From an uncultured Chloroflexia bacterium (GTDB lineage: Bacteria; Chloroflexota; Dehalococcoidia; GIF9; AB-539-J10): 64,000 nt of DNA. The notes beneath the pieces are model-generated. The model worked only from the letters and a program-made list of their open reading frames with translations. It did not search any database and was not told where the DNA came from. Each line of letters starts with the position of its first letter. Position 1 is the first letter of the stretch. Both the position numbers and the translations under genes were made by a program. The stretch is from positions 31,686 to 95,685 of the forward strand of contig CAVYNS010000008.1 of assembly GCA_963769975.1 (NCBI GenBank), in the 5' to 3' direction. Below, piece after piece: positions 18,341-29,395 of the stretch.

Positions 18341-18961
18341 ATGGGCTATATTTCTCCGACGTTAGCTGTAAGGAATATGGAGCAAACTATTCAATTCTAC
18401 AGAGATTCCCTGGGATTTAAGATGGGAATGGCTTTCCCCGATGCTGACAATCCAGAGTATGCCGACCTATCTAGGGATGGGATGGTTCTCATGTTCATAC
18501 CGGCTAAAAATGTGGGTGTTGGCGCCAAAGAAAAACTGGGCATTGGTGTGAATTTGTATATGCAAATCGATGGGGATATTGATGAATATTACAGAGAATT
18601 GAAAAACAAGGGTATCAGGGTTGTAGTTGACATAAAAGACGAGCCGTTTGGCATCAGGGACTTTACTGTCGAGGATATTAACGGATATAGGCTGACGTTT
18701 AACCAGGTCTCCAAGGCTGTTAAAAGCTGTATGAGCTGTGGCATGCCCATGACTAAGCCTGAAGATTTTGGTGGAGGAAACCCTGAGAATCTATACTGCC
18801 TATACTGTTCGAAGCCGGATGGCAGCCTCAAAAGCTATAAAGAGGTGTTTGAGGGCATGGTCAACTTCATGATGATGTCTCAGAAGATGGACAGAAAAAC
18901 TGCCGAGAGCGCAGCAAAAGAACGTATGGCAAAGATGCCTGCTTGGAGCGGTAAGACTTAG
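18341..18961 (+). CDS. VOC/glyoxalase domain fused to a C-terminal zinc ribbon
   Basis: FYRDSLGF...PFGIRDFTVEDING, then CMSCGMPM...YCLYC. Confidence 0.8.
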   Translation: MGYISPTLAVRNMEQTIQFYRDSLGFKMGMAFPDADNPEYADLSRDGMVLMFIPAKNVGVGAKEKLGIGVNLYMQIDGDIDEYYRELKNKGIRVVVDIKDEPFGIRDFTVEDINGYRLTFNQVSKAVKSCMSCGMPMTKPEDFGGGNPENLYCLYCSKPDGSLKSYKEVFEGMVNFMMMSQKMDRKTAESAAKERMAKMPAWSGKT

Positions 18962-19076
18962 TTTAGAGTATTGGCCAGTGTATTTTTATTCGGAGCTAGG
19001 AAACACAATTTCCAAGCGCACCCCCCTTTTCTCTCTCCAACGGAAAAGCCAATAGGCTTGCTCAAGGGAAGTAAAG

Positions 19077-19105
19077 TTGACATAATCACCCAAGAAGCAT
19101 ATAAA
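19077..19105 (+). promoter_or_regulatory. sigma70 promoter for leuB-cimA
   Basis: TTGACA, 17 bp, TATAAA. Confidence 0.6.
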
Positions 19106-19197
19106 TGCTCTGTCCTAGTCAAAGAAGGCAAAGCGAATATATAATTAAGAAATTTCAGTGAAGGAATATACTAAGACTAAATTGCAAAGGAAATAGG

Positions 19198-20286
19198 ATG
19201 GAATTTGAAGTAGCGGTTTTGCCCGGCGATGGCATCGGCCCTGAGGTGATAGCTCAGGCTCTAAAGGTTTTACAGACCGTGGGTGAGAAATTCGGGCATA
19301 GCTTTCACCTCCGTGATGGTCTCATAGGTGGCGTTGCTATAGATACTCTAGGCACGGCTCTCAGCGATGAGACCTTGAAGATGTGTAAACAATGTGATGG
19401 GGTGCTGCTCGGTGCAGTTGGCGGCTCTAAATGGGATGACCCTCAAGCCAAAATCCACCCTGAGGATGGGCTTCTGGCTTTGCGCAAAGGACTGAGGCTG
19501 TTTGCTAATTTGCGCCCCGTGAAAGTTTTCCCGATGCTGGTGGATTCTACCAACCTCAAGCCGGAGGTAGTTAAGGGGGTGGACTTAGTGGTGGTTAGAG
19601 AACTCACCGGCGGACTTTACTTTGGTCAGCCCAAGAAACAGTGGCGAACTCCGAAGGGCAGGCAGGCCGTTGATACCCTGGCTTATTCTGAGGTAGAAAT
19701 TGAGCGCATATTAAGGGTAGGCTTTGAATTGGCTCGCAGCCGCCGGAAGAAGCTAACTTCGGTAGACAAAGCCAATGTTCTCCAGTCATCCCGGCTGTGG
19801 CGACAGATTGCCATAGAAGTTTCTACCGATTATCCTGATATTGAACTTCAGCATATGCTGGTTGATGCCTGTGCTATGAGATTTATTCAACGCCCTAGTG
19901 AATTTGATGTTCTGGTTACGGAAAATATGTTTGGCGACATCCTTACTGATGAGGCTTCCATGCTGGCTGGCTCCATGGGCATGCTTCCTTCGGCTAGCTT
20001 GGCAGGAATTCCCATGGGGAGAACCTTCGGCATGTATGAGCCAATTCATGGCAGTGCCCCCAGTCGAGCAGGCCAAAACCTGGCTAACCCTATTGCCACT
20101 ATCTTAAGCGTAGCTATGATGCTGCGCTATTCCTTTGCGCTGGAAACTGAAGCACAGACTGTAGAGAATGCTGTTCTCGCTACTCTGGAGCAAGGTTATA
20201 GAACTTACGATATAATGTCGGAAGGTAAATCCAAGGTAGGCACGAAAGAAATGGGGGACTTGATTGCTCAAAAAGTAAAACGTTAA
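19198..20286 (+). CDS. leuB: 3-isopropylmalate dehydrogenase
   Basis: [39 protein letters not shown]. Confidence 0.95.
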   Translation: MEFEVAVLPGDGIGPEVIAQALKVLQTVGEKFGHSFHLRDGLIGGVAIDTLGTALSDETLKMCKQCDGVLLGAVGGSKWDDPQAKIHPEDGLLALRKGLRLFANLRPVKVFPMLVDSTNLKPEVVKGVDLVVVRELTGGLYFGQPKKQWRTPKGRQAVDTLAYSEVEIERILRVGFELARSRRKKLTSVDKANVLQSSRLWRQIAIEVSTDYPDIELQHMLVDACAMRFIQRPSEFDVLVTENMFGDILTDEASMLAGSMGMLPSASLAGIPMGRTFGMYEPIHGSAPSRAGQNLANPIATILSVAMMLRYSFALETEAQTVENAVLATLEQGYRTYDIMSEGKSKVGTKEMGDLIAQKVKR

Positions 20287-20297
20287 GGGAATTTTCC

Positions 20298-21893
20298 ATG
20301 ATAGAAGTGCAGCTTTATGATACGACCTTAAGGGATGGTGCCCAGCAAGATGGCATTTCCTTTTCTGTTGAGGACAAGCTCAAGATTTGCCAGAAGCTAG
20401 ATGAGTTGGGCGTTGACTTCATCGAGGGTGGCTGGCCAGGCTCTAACCCTAAGGATTCCGAGTTCTTTGCCCAGGCACGGAATTTGCGCTTGAAACATTC
20501 TACTCTGGTGGCCTTTGGCAGCACCAGGCGCTCAGATTGCCGAGCGGAAAAAGACCTTAATCTCCGGGCCCTGCTTCAAGCCAAAATCAACGTGGTCACT
20601 ATTGTAGGAAAAGCCTGGGATAAGCAGGTAACCCGAGTTCTGGAAACAACGCCGGAAGAAAACCTCAGCATGATTACAGATTCCATAAGTTATCTCAGGG
20701 CAAAAGGGCTCAAGGTTTTCTTCGATGCCGAGCATTTCTTCGATGGATATAAAGATAATCCTGAATATGTCTTGCAAGTGGTGGTGGCTGCAGCTAAGGC
20801 TGGTGCCGAATGCGTGATTCTTTGCGATACCAATGGCGGCAGCCTGCCACAACAGATAGCGGAGGCTATTAAAGCTGTTAAGAAGGCAAGCCCTGTTCCT
20901 TTGGGCATTCACACCCATAATGATGCCGAGCTTGCCGTGGCTAATTCCCTGACTGCCGTGGAAGCGGGTGTTATTCAGGTTCAAGGAACCATTAATGGCT
21001 ATGGTGAGCGCTGTGGCAATGCCAATCTCTGTTCCATTATACCAACTTTGAAGCTTAAGTTGGGCATTGATTGCATTACTGACAAGCAGCTCAGCAAGCT
21101 CAGCGACGTCTCTCGCTATGTATCAGAACTGGCTAATATGCCTCATTATGATCGACTTCCTTATGTAGGCGATGATGCCTTCACTCATAAGGGTGGGATT
21201 CACGTATCAGGCTTAGTAAAATGGGAAGATAGCTACCAGCATATAAAGCCGAGTCTAGTAGGCAACCGCCCGCACGTTGTTGTTTCCGAGCTAGCCGGGA
21301 AGGGAAGTATTATCTTTAAAGCTAAAGAGCGTGGACTGCCTGTCCCTAAGGACAAGGAAGTTGGGAAGGTGCTGGAGCAAATTAAGTTATTGGAGAAGCA
21401 GGGTTTTCAATATGATGCTGCTGAGGCATCCTTTGACCTTCTGCTCCGCCGTGTTCAGCCTGACTATCGGCCACCTTTTGAGCTGGTTGACTTCATGGTC
21501 GTGGTGGAGAAGCGGCGCCGTCCACCCACCAGAGGAAACCAGGAAGAGCCATTGTCAGAGGCTACTATCAAGGTCAAGGTAGATAACAGAGTAGTGCACA
21601 CGGCTGCTGAGGGCGATGGCCCAGTCGACGCCCTCGACCAGGCTCTGCGTAAAGGTTTACTCCAGTTCTATCCTGATTTGACTGTTGTAAAACTTATTGA
21701 TTATAAGGTGCGCATCCTCGAAGAAACCGCCGGCACTGCATCGCAGGTCCGGGTGCTCATTGAATCCAGCGACGGCAAAGAGAACTGGCGGACGGTAGGT
21801 AGCTCCACTAACATCATCGAAGCTAGCTGGCTGGCCTTGGCCGACAGCATTGAATACTGGTTGACAAAGCAGGCTGGCAAAACAAAGAGCTGA
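20298..21893 (+). CDS. cimA: Citramalate synthase
   Basis: DTTLRDGAQ, EGGWPGSNPKD, DAEHFFDG, GYGERCGN. Confidence 0.9.
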   Translation: MIEVQLYDTTLRDGAQQDGISFSVEDKLKICQKLDELGVDFIEGGWPGSNPKDSEFFAQARNLRLKHSTLVAFGSTRRSDCRAEKDLNLRALLQAKINVVTIVGKAWDKQVTRVLETTPEENLSMITDSISYLRAKGLKVFFDAEHFFDGYKDNPEYVLQVVVAAAKAGAECVILCDTNGGSLPQQIAEAIKAVKKASPVPLGIHTHNDAELAVANSLTAVEAGVIQVQGTINGYGERCGNANLCSIIPTLKLKLGIDCITDKQLSKLSDVSRYVSELANMPHYDRLPYVGDDAFTHKGGIHVSGLVKWEDSYQHIKPSLVGNRPHVVVSELAGKGSIIFKAKERGLPVPKDKEVGKVLEQIKLLEKQGFQYDAAEASFDLLLRRVQPDYRPPFELVDFMVVVEKRRRPPTRGNQEEPLSEATIKVKVDNRVVHTAAEGDGPVDALDQALRKGLLQFYPDLTVVKLIDYKVRILEETAGTASQVRVLIESSDGKENWRTVGSSTNIIEASWLALADSIEYWLTKQAGKTKS

Positions 21894-21941
21894 CCTCGGT
21901 TACAACATAGGCGAAATAAGAAGCCCCTTGAATTTGAGAGT

Positions 21942-22712
21942 TCAGCACCTTGCCGTTAGCCAGTCCAGAACAAAATCCATAGCTGCCTTTTCCAGGCGTA
22001 TTTTGTGTCTGGCGCCAGGTATGATTTTTAGCTCTCTGGGCTCTTTAGCTTTCTGGTAGAGCTCATGGGCATGCTCCAAGGGTATTAATTCGTCGGCATC
22101 TCCATGTACCAGGAGCAGGGGGCGGGGGGAAATTTCATCAACCCAGTTGATGGGAGTGATGATCTCAAATCCTCTTTGCCATTCCTCTATTGAAGGTGGA
22201 AAATCCTTATCCCTGATAGCCCCGATTTGGCGAAACCGTCGGATGGTGTCGAGAGGCGTTTCTCTCTGCTGAAGAGAACGGAAATCTGCAGGGCAGGCAC
22301 AGGTTACCACCAAGGATACTCTAGGGTCATGGGCAGTGGTATAAACGGAAACCGCTGCCCCTCCGCTAAATCCCAGCAAGCAAAAATGATTCTTATCTAC
22401 CTCCTTCAGGTTATACAGGAAATCAAGAGCGGCCTGTAAATCTCGAGTCCAGCCTAGGATGTCTAAGTTACCTTGGCTCTTGCCCGTTCCCCGGAAGTTA
22501 AAGATCAAGGTGGTGAAGCCAGCATGACAGAAACGCTGCGCCAGCAGTGTATAGCCCTTGTCGGTGGAGTTGGGTGGAGCAGTGGGAATACCATGGCAGA
22601 TGCACAAGGCCGGGTGAACTTTATCTCCTGACGGAATATGGAGCTCGCCGGCAAGCTGAAGTCCATCAGCCCTCAAGCGAATTTCTTTTACATCCATCTT
22701 TTCAAGGGTCAA
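21942..22712 (-). CDS. Alpha/beta hydrolase
   Basis: GFSGG nucleophile elbow, HGDAD, PGARH. Confidence 0.85.
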   Translation of the reverse strand: MTLEKMDVKEIRLRADGLQLAGELHIPSGDKVHPALCICHGIPTAPPNSTDKGYTLLAQRFCHAGFTTLIFNFRGTGKSQGNLDILGWTRDLQAALDFLYNLKEVDKNHFCLLGFSGGAAVSVYTTAHDPRVSLVVTCACPADFRSLQQRETPLDTIRRFRQIGAIRDKDFPPSIEEWQRGFEIITPINWVDEISPRPLLLVHGDADELIPLEHAHELYQKAKEPRELKIIPGARHKIRLEKAAMDFVLDWLTARC

Positions 22713-23341
22713 AAATGGTAGACTTGCCTTCTGTTCTTAAGAATGAGACCTGCTATGAGCCCCAGCAACAAACCCCCAAGGTGAGCTTGCCAGGCTATCC
22801 CGGCGAAGAGGAAGGAAAGGAAGAAGAGGATTATGATTGCTATCCACAGCGGCGTGGCAATAGGGATGAAAAATATGTAGACCGGCACCCTGGGGACTAT
22901 CACTGCCAGTGCCCCACCAATGGCAAAAATAGCCCCTGAGGCTCCTATCCCTATTGAAAATGGAGCGAGAAGGACGAAGAGGAGATTTCCCGCCAGTCCT
23001 CCCAGGAAAAACACTGCCAGAAAGCTTCTCTCGCTGGCTACCCGGAGCAAGAGGCTGCCCAGAAAATACAGGCTTATCATATTGAATATAATGTGGCCAA
23101 AACCGCCGTGGACAAATATGCTGCTAATGATTGTCCAGGGTTGTTGAGAGAGTTGCGCGGTGTTCAGTCCGAGAAGAAGGACAACTGGGTTAGTTACTGC
23201 GATGGGATACCCGCCAACCACTAACTCGATTACGAAGATTGAGACACATAGAGCGATCAAAAACCACAGGGCATTTAAGTTGGCAGTGCGATAAGCCCGC
23301 ATTGTGCAATTATAGGTTAAATCTGGCTTCTGGTTCAACAA
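22709..23341 (-). CDS. Rhomboid intramembrane serine protease
   Basis: HIIFNM, GASGA, AHLGG. Confidence 0.9.
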   Translation of the reverse strand: MLNQKPDLTYNCTMRAYRTANLNALWFLIALCVSIFVIELVVGGYPIAVTNPVVLLLGLNTAQLSQQPWTIISSIFVHGGFGHIIFNMISLYFLGSLLLRVASERSFLAVFFLGGLAGNLLFVLLAPFSIGIGASGAIFAIGGALAVIVPRVPVYIFFIPIATPLWIAIIILFFLSFLFAGIAWQAHLGGLLLGLIAGLILKNRRQVYHF

Positions 23342-23450
23342 GCAGCCTCAAGGGACTGGTGGGTTATCATGTGTTGTAATATTCGACAAGATTGGGCTAT
23401 AATAGGGAGATATTTAAGCCAGCAGGATATTTCCTTTGCAGGGATTTTAG

Positions 23451-25940
23451 GTGAGCGAGCAAAGTCCAGAGCGAAAACGAAGGTTCCCCTCGATAGCTAT
23501 ATGGGGCATAATTCTGGCCGCTATCTGTGGCATCTCATTGTACATACGGATGGTCTTGCCTCATGACCAGATTTTTATCAATGGATCGGTCTGGTTTCGG
23601 GAGACCGATTCCTATTGGTACATACGCAACATAGAAGTTCTGCTCAAACACTTTCCTCACTACAATACTTTTGACCCATACATGCTCTTCCCTGGTGGTA
23701 GTGCAGCACTTTCTCGCCCATTCTTCGCCTGGCTAGTCGCCGGTATTACTCTGCTTGTTAAGGGGGGGGCATCAACGTTACATACTATAGAAACAGTGGC
23801 CGCTTATATACCCCCTATCCTGGGCACGCTGACGCTCATCCCCGTGTATTTCATTGGCAAGGAGCTGTTTAACCGCTGGGTAGGCATAATTGCAGCCGCG
23901 TTGGTTGCCGTCTTGCCCGGCGAATTTCTCAATCGTTCCTTGCTTGGCTTTGTCGACCACCATGTAGCTGAGACTCTGTTCAGCGCCGTGTGCATACTCT
24001 TTCTGATAATGGCCATTAAGCGGGCTCGAGAAAGAGAGATTTCATTCGGCCATATTCTCAGTAGAGACTGGTCAATTATCACCAAGCCTCTCGTCTATGC
24101 CCTACTCGCCGGCATCTTCCTGGGTATTTACCTACTTACCTGGGCAGGTGGGCTGCTGTTCGTATTCATTATATTTGTTTACCTGGTAATTCAGTTCATC
24201 GTGGACCACTTGACTCATAAACCGAGCGACTATCTATGTATTGTGGGCACACCTCTCTTCCTTATTGCCTTCCTCATGCTTCTTCCCATATTGGGCAAGG
24301 GCGGGTTGGATACCATTTCTCTGGTGTCTCTGCCGTTTGCCATAGTGGTACCCTTGGTCTTAAGTATTATCTCACGACTCATGGCAGGCAGGGCTTGGAA
24401 GCCTGCTTACTATCCTTTGACCTTGCTGGGACTGGCGGGAATTGGGCTTGCTGCTTTGCATGCCATCAATCCCAACTTGTTCCAGTCTATGCTCAACCTA
24501 TTTAGCATCTTCAAGCAATCCGGCGCTATGCTCACTGTCATGGAGGCGACACCTCTTCTTTTTCCTTCTGGTGATGGCGTTTTCACCTTCGCTATGGCCT
24601 GGGCCAACTTTAACACCACCTTCTTCATCTCATTTATTTCCATTGCTATGCTTATCTATGTCGTTATTAAAGAAAAAAGTGCCGACAAAACTTTATTCTT
24701 GATATGGAGCATAGTAATGTTAATAGCAGTCCTCGGGCAACGCCGCTTCAGCTATTACTATGCTGTGAACGCTGCCTTGCTCACAGGGTATTTCTCCTGG
24801 AAAATGCTTGACATTGCTGGCTTGCGCAAACTGCTGGCTAAGTCTAAGGAAGTAGTGGGAGCAGTTAAAAAATTCAAGAAGAAGGGAAAGAAAACCAAGG
24901 AGAGACCAAAACAAAAAACTTTTATGCAGCCCAGAGGTGCCTGGGTAAATGTCATCGTTGTCGGAATAATCATCTTTTTCCTGGTATTTTTCCCCAGTAT
25001 TGGACTGTGGAAAGGTGAGCCTACATCAATTGGCGGTGGAATTTACATTGGCTACACACGGTATTACGCCTCTCAAGCAGTTTATACTATGAATGATGGC
25101 TGGTATAACTCGCTTCTATGGTTAGGGAATAACAGTAACAGCCCCGACCCCTTTGCTGATCTTAATGACCCCGATTTCTATTATAAGCTATACAAAACTC
25201 CGTTCCAATACCCTGAATCCGCTTACGGTGTGATGTCCTGGTGGGACTATGGCTACTTCATAATGCAAATTGCCCATCGCATACCTAATGCCAATCCCGG
25301 TCAGGCTAACGCTGACAAAGCTGGCCAGTTCTTCACTGCCCAGAATGAAAGCTCCGCCCAGGAAATTGTGGAGCGGTACAACTTGGGTACGGAATATGTG
25401 ATGATTGACTATGATATGTTAATTGGAAAGTATCATGCTATGGTGGAATGGGCTGGTGAGAACGTTAATGACTTTTACGAATTTTATTATGTGCCGGTAT
25501 CAAGTAATGTCCTGCAACTAATACCTTTATACCACCCTGTCTACTACCAATCCATGGCAGCCAGGCTCTACAACTTTGACGCCAAAGCCGTAGTTCCATC
25601 TACAAACTCCACACTAGCTATTTCTTGGCAAGGCAAAACGGGCAGGGAGCTGTTAACACTCGGTTACAACACGATTGTCAGTGGAAGGACAGCAATGCCC
25701 GTAGATGCAGGGGCAGGCTATAATGTAGTTGTTAACTATCAGTTCCTCTCAAGTTACAAAGAGGCTGAAACCTATGTCTCAGCTCAGCAATCGGGGACTT
25801 GGGACGTAGGGGGGCTCAACCCCTTTGCTACCATCCTGCCTCTCGAGCAGTTGAACAGTTATGAGCTTGTCCATCAATCCGGGGCTACTACAGAAACAAC
25901 TGTGAAAGTTTTCAAGTATCTTGGTTTAAATCAATCCTGA
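23451..25940 (+). CDS. STT3/AglB-type oligosaccharyltransferase (archaeal-like)
   Basis: Multi-TM N-half with ETD, DHH and TVME (TIXE-like) motifs; WWDYG; NANP; DYDMLIGKYHAM DK-type motif. Confidence 0.92.
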   Translation: MSEQSPERKRRFPSIAIWGIILAAICGISLYIRMVLPHDQIFINGSVWFRETDSYWYIRNIEVLLKHFPHYNTFDPYMLFPGGSAALSRPFFAWLVAGITLLVKGGASTLHTIETVAAYIPPILGTLTLIPVYFIGKELFNRWVGIIAAALVAVLPGEFLNRSLLGFVDHHVAETLFSAVCILFLIMAIKRAREREISFGHILSRDWSIITKPLVYALLAGIFLGIYLLTWAGGLLFVFIIFVYLVIQFIVDHLTHKPSDYLCIVGTPLFLIAFLMLLPILGKGGLDTISLVSLPFAIVVPLVLSIISRLMAGRAWKPAYYPLTLLGLAGIGLAALHAINPNLFQSMLNLFSIFKQSGAMLTVMEATPLLFPSGDGVFTFAMAWANFNTTFFISFISIAMLIYVVIKEKSADKTLFLIWSIVMLIAVLGQRRFSYYYAVNAALLTGYFSWKMLDIAGLRKLLAKSKEVVGAVKKFKKKGKKTKERPKQKTFMQPRGAWVNVIVVGIIIFFLVFFPSIGLWKGEPTSIGGGIYIGYTRYYASQAVYTMNDGWYNSLLWLGNNSNSPDPFADLNDPDFYYKLYKTPFQYPESAYGVMSWWDYGYFIMQIAHRIPNANPGQANADKAGQFFTAQNESSAQEIVERYNLGTEYVMIDYDMLIGKYHAMVEWAGENVNDFYEFYYVPVSSNVLQLIPLYHPVYYQSMAARLYNFDAKAVVPSTNSTLAISWQGKTGRELLTLGYNTIVSGRTAMPVDAGAGYNVVVNYQFLSSYKEAETYVSAQQSGTWDVGGLNPFATILPLEQLNSYELVHQSGATTETTVKVFKYLGLNQS

Positions 25941-26068
25941 ATAAAAACACAGCCATAATTACCGGTGGGGCGGGATTTACAGATCTCATCTAGCTGAGGA
26001 ACTACTAAAGCATCGGTACAAGGGTAGCAATAGTTGATGACCTCTCCATGGGAAGCTATGAAACATAA
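25937..26068 (+). pseudogene. Relic of an NAD-dependent sugar epimerase N-terminus
   Basis: Across frameshifts it reads TAIITGGAGF / SHLAEELLK / AIVDDLSMG. Confidence 0.75.
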
Positions 26069-26104
26069 GACTACTTAAGTCAGCTTATCATTCTGCCCCT
26101 CTCC

Positions 26105-26202
26105 TCTTTTGTCATTGCGAGCGAAGCGCAGCAATCTCATATTCTTTCCGCCAGATTGCTTCGTCGCCCCGATTCAGCGGGGCTCCTCACAATGACAGAA
26201 GA
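26105..26202. repeat. REP/RPE-like palindromic element
   Basis: TGTCATTGCGAG..GCAATCT...AGATTGCTTCG..CCCCGATTCAGCGGGG..CTCACAATGACA nested inverted repeats. Confidence 0.8.
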
Positions 26203-26310
26203 GGTGCGTCCGTCGCGATAACGGCTTGAGTGCTGAACGTTCTTCTGATAAACTGCTTAAGATGTAAGAACGGAGCATGTTGGCAGTCATGAATAATGGA
26301 GTGAAGCAAA

Positions 26311-27615
26311 ATGAATAAAACACGATTGAGCCAGTCAAAAATCACCAATAAAACTGTTGTGTGTATTATCGGCTTGGGCTACGTAGGCTTGCCCCTGGCT
26401 TTGGCCTTCGCCAAAGCTGGTTTAAAGGTACTAGGGGTCGACATCCAGCAAAGGCGGGTGGACTGGGTTAACAATGGGCAGTCCTACATAGCTGATGTAG
26501 ATAGCAAAGTCCTTAAAGAAGCGGTCAGAGAAGGGTTGTTAGAGGCCACTACTGACCAGAGCCGGCTCAAGGAGGTTGACGCCATCTGCATTTGTGTGCC
26601 CACTCCGCTTACCAAAACCAAAGACCCCGAACTCTCTTATGTCATCAGTGAGTCCGAAGTGGTCTCCAGGTACCTTCAGAAAGGGCAATTAGTGATTCTC
26701 GAGAGTACAACCTATCCAGGCACCACTCGAGAGGTGATGCTACCAATTTTGGAACGCTCCGGCCTCAAAGCGGGACGCGATTTCTATCTTGCCTTCTCTC
26801 CGGAAAGGGTCGACCCCGGCAGTAAGAATTACAATGTCCGGAACACGCCGAAGGTGATTGGCGGCATAGATGTCAAATCTACAAAGCTCGCAACGCTCTT
26901 GTACAGTCGAATCGTGGATAAGGTTGTCCCGGTCTCAAATCCTGAAGTTGCCGAGATGACCAAGGTATTCGAGAACGTGTTTCGTAATGTGAACATAGCC
27001 CTAGTTAATGAACTTACCTTGCTTTGTGAGAAGATGGGTTTAAGTGTTTGGGAAGTAATAGATGCAGCTGCAACCAAGCCTTTCGGCTATATGCCGTTCT
27101 ACCCTGGTCCAGGGATTGGGGGGCATTGTATACCGCTCGATCCTTATTACCTGGCGAATAAAGCCCGGGAGTTTGATTTCCACACCAGATTCATCGAGCT
27201 GGCGGCAGACATCAATGAGCATATGCCCTATTACGTCGTATCACGTATCATGGAAGCCTTGAACTCGAGGGACAAAAGCTTGAACAGCGCCAAGGTTTTG
27301 GTATTGGGTGTAGCCTATAAGAGGGATGTGGAGGACGTGAGAGAGTCACCTTCTTTGAAGCTAATTGAGCTCTTGTGTGAAAAGGGGGCAAACGTATCCT
27401 ACAACGACCCATATGTGGCGAGTGTTAGAATCTCCGAAAAAAACTTGAGGTCGGTAGAACTTACAGACGAACAACTCGCTTCGGCAGACTGCGTGGTGAT
27501 TGCAACCGACCACACTTGCTATGACTATAAAGATATAGCCCAAAAGTCTAGCTTTGTATTCGATACCCGAGGAGTTACCAGGAAGCTTAGGAATAAGGAC
27601 ATCGTAAGGTTGTGA
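26311..27615 (+). CDS. wbpA: UDP-GlcNAc 6-dehydrogenase (WbpA/WecC family)
   Basis: GLGYVG, CVPTP, ESTTYPGTT, SPERVDPG, GGHCIP. Confidence 0.85.
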   Translation: MNKTRLSQSKITNKTVVCIIGLGYVGLPLALAFAKAGLKVLGVDIQQRRVDWVNNGQSYIADVDSKVLKEAVREGLLEATTDQSRLKEVDAICICVPTPLTKTKDPELSYVISESEVVSRYLQKGQLVILESTTYPGTTREVMLPILERSGLKAGRDFYLAFSPERVDPGSKNYNVRNTPKVIGGIDVKSTKLATLLYSRIVDKVVPVSNPEVAEMTKVFENVFRNVNIALVNELTLLCEKMGLSVWEVIDAAATKPFGYMPFYPGPGIGGHCIPLDPYYLANKAREFDFHTRFIELAADINEHMPYYVVSRIMEALNSRDKSLNSAKVLVLGVAYKRDVEDVRESPSLKLIELLCEKGANVSYNDPYVASVRISEKNLRSVELTDEQLASADCVVIATDHTCYDYKDIAQKSSFVFDTRGVTRKLRNKDIVRL

Positions 27616-27621
27616 TGGTAG

Positions 27622-29193
27622 ATGGATAGAAATATAGCCGTTGTCGGCTGTGGCTACTGGGGCAAGAATTTGGTGCGCAACTTCGCTGAGCTAGGTGCCC
27701 TCCATACAATTTGCGATGCCGACCCCAAAGTGCTACGGAGCTTCAGGTCATCTTATGCCGATGTAAATACCGAGACCGAGTTTCACCGTGCCCTTGAGAA
27801 TAACGAAATAAAAGGAGTAGTTATCGCAACTCCCGCTGTCTTTCATTACTCAATGGCAAAAGAGGCCATACTTGCCGGTAAAGACGTTTTCGTAGAAAAG
27901 CCGCTGGCTCTAGAGATAGAGCAAGGAGAGGAACTGGTTGCGCTGGCTGAAAAAAGCAAAAAGATACTGTTGGTCGGCCACCTCTTGGAATATCATCCCG
28001 CTGTTGGCAAGCTCAAAGAGCTTGTTGATAACGGCGAGCTGGGCAGAATCCAGTATATCTATTCCAACCGGCTCAACCTGGGCAAGTTTCGCACTGAGGA
28101 AAACATACTGTGGAGCTTCGCCCCGCACGACATCTCGATTATCCTGCTTCTCATCGGTGAAATGCCCCAGGAAATCTCAGCCCAAGGAGGTTACTATCTC
28201 AATCAGGACATCGCCGACGTTACCCTGACCACCCTTGGTTTCAATAACGGCATAAGAGCTCACATCTTTGTCAGTTGGCTTCACCCTTACAAGGAGCAAA
28301 AATTGGTGGTAGTCGGCGATAAAAAGATGGCTCTGTTCGATGATACCAATCCCAAAGATAAGCTCCTCCTCTATAGCCACGAGATAGAATGGATTGACAA
28401 AAAACCTGTGCCTCATCAAAAACAGCCGGAGCCTGTTAAGATACCCTCAGATGAACCCTTGCGGATAGAATGCCAGGATTTCATCGACTGTATCCAGTCA
28501 CGAAAACGACCAAGGGTAGACGGGCACAAGGGTCTCCAGGTGTTGCGGGTGCTGTCTTATTGCCAGAGGTCACTTGAGAGCAAGGGCAAAGTGATCTCAT
28601 TGAACAATGCCCACAGAGATTTTTCCGTCCATGAAACCAGTATCGTGGAGGAGCCGCGCCAGATTGGGAAAGGAACCAAGATCTGGCACTTCTCCCATAT
28701 TATGCCTGGTACGAGCATCGGCGATAATTGTGTTATCGGGCAGAATGTCTTTATCGGCAAAGGCGTCAACATAGGAAACAACGTGAAAATCGAGAATAAT
28801 GTCTCCGTTTTCGAGGGTGTAACACTAGAAGACGACGTCTTTTGTGCTCCCTCCTGCGTCTTTACCAATGTGATAAACCCCCGGAGCTCCATCTCTCGAA
28901 AACATGAGTTCAAGCCGACATTAGTTAAGAAGGGCGCCACCATCGGTGCCAATGCCACAATCATTTGTGGCAATGCCATCGGCCGATATGCCTTCATCGG
29001 CGCGGGCTCGGTGGTTACAAAAGACGTTCCCGATTATGCTATGGTATATGGCAATCCAGCACGCATTCAAGGATGGGTTTGCGAGTGCGGCGCAAAGCTT
29101 GATTTCAGTGGAACCAATCAGGCTCAATGTCCAAGATGTGGTAAAATTTACCAAAAACAAGGTAACAGACTTGAAATCAAAGGAGGTGGTTAG
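27622..29193 (+). CDS. Fusion of Gfo/Idh/MocA oxidoreductase (WbpB-like) and hexapeptide N-acetyltransferase (WbpD-like)
   Basis: GCGYWG, EKP, APHD; then [27 protein letters not shown]; terminal CECG/CPRC. Confidence 0.88.
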   Translation: MDRNIAVVGCGYWGKNLVRNFAELGALHTICDADPKVLRSFRSSYADVNTETEFHRALENNEIKGVVIATPAVFHYSMAKEAILAGKDVFVEKPLALEIEQGEELVALAEKSKKILLVGHLLEYHPAVGKLKELVDNGELGRIQYIYSNRLNLGKFRTEENILWSFAPHDISIILLLIGEMPQEISAQGGYYLNQDIADVTLTTLGFNNGIRAHIFVSWLHPYKEQKLVVVGDKKMALFDDTNPKDKLLLYSHEIEWIDKKPVPHQKQPEPVKIPSDEPLRIECQDFIDCIQSRKRPRVDGHKGLQVLRVLSYCQRSLESKGKVISLNNAHRDFSVHETSIVEEPRQIGKGTKIWHFSHIMPGTSIGDNCVIGQNVFIGKGVNIGNNVKIENNVSVFEGVTLEDDVFCAPSCVFTNVINPRSSISRKHEFKPTLVKKGATIGANATIICGNAIGRYAFIGAGSVVTKDVPDYAMVYGNPARIQGWVCECGAKLDFSGTNQAQCPRCGKIYQKQGNRLEIKGGG

Positions 29194-29194
29194 A

Positions 29195-29395
29195 ATGGCG
29201 ACTAGAGAGCGCCTTATTGAGAAGATAAAATCTTTGCCAGAGGATAAGCTTGGGGACGTTGCCAATTTCGTCGAGTTTTTGGAGACCAAAGGGAAAGGAC
29301 AATCTGAGTTGGCAGAATATGGCATGGGAGATTATCTGGCCCAGCTTTTGGCCTATGAAGAGATGCTGGCTGGGGGAAAGGTAAAGTGGAGGTAA
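29195..29395 (+). CDS. Putative antitoxin (DUF2281-like)
   Basis: AAGGAGG RBS; MATRERLIEKIKSLPEDKLGDVANFVEFL; overlaps the MazF gene. Confidence 0.7.
   Translation: MATRERLIEKIKSLPEDKLGDVANFVEFLETKGKGQSELAEYGMGDYLAQLLAYEEMLAGGKVKWR

Noticed and set aside
28946-29194. Long version of the antitoxin ORF
   Set aside because: It overlaps the WbpD domain in another frame; the RBS supports ATG 29195.
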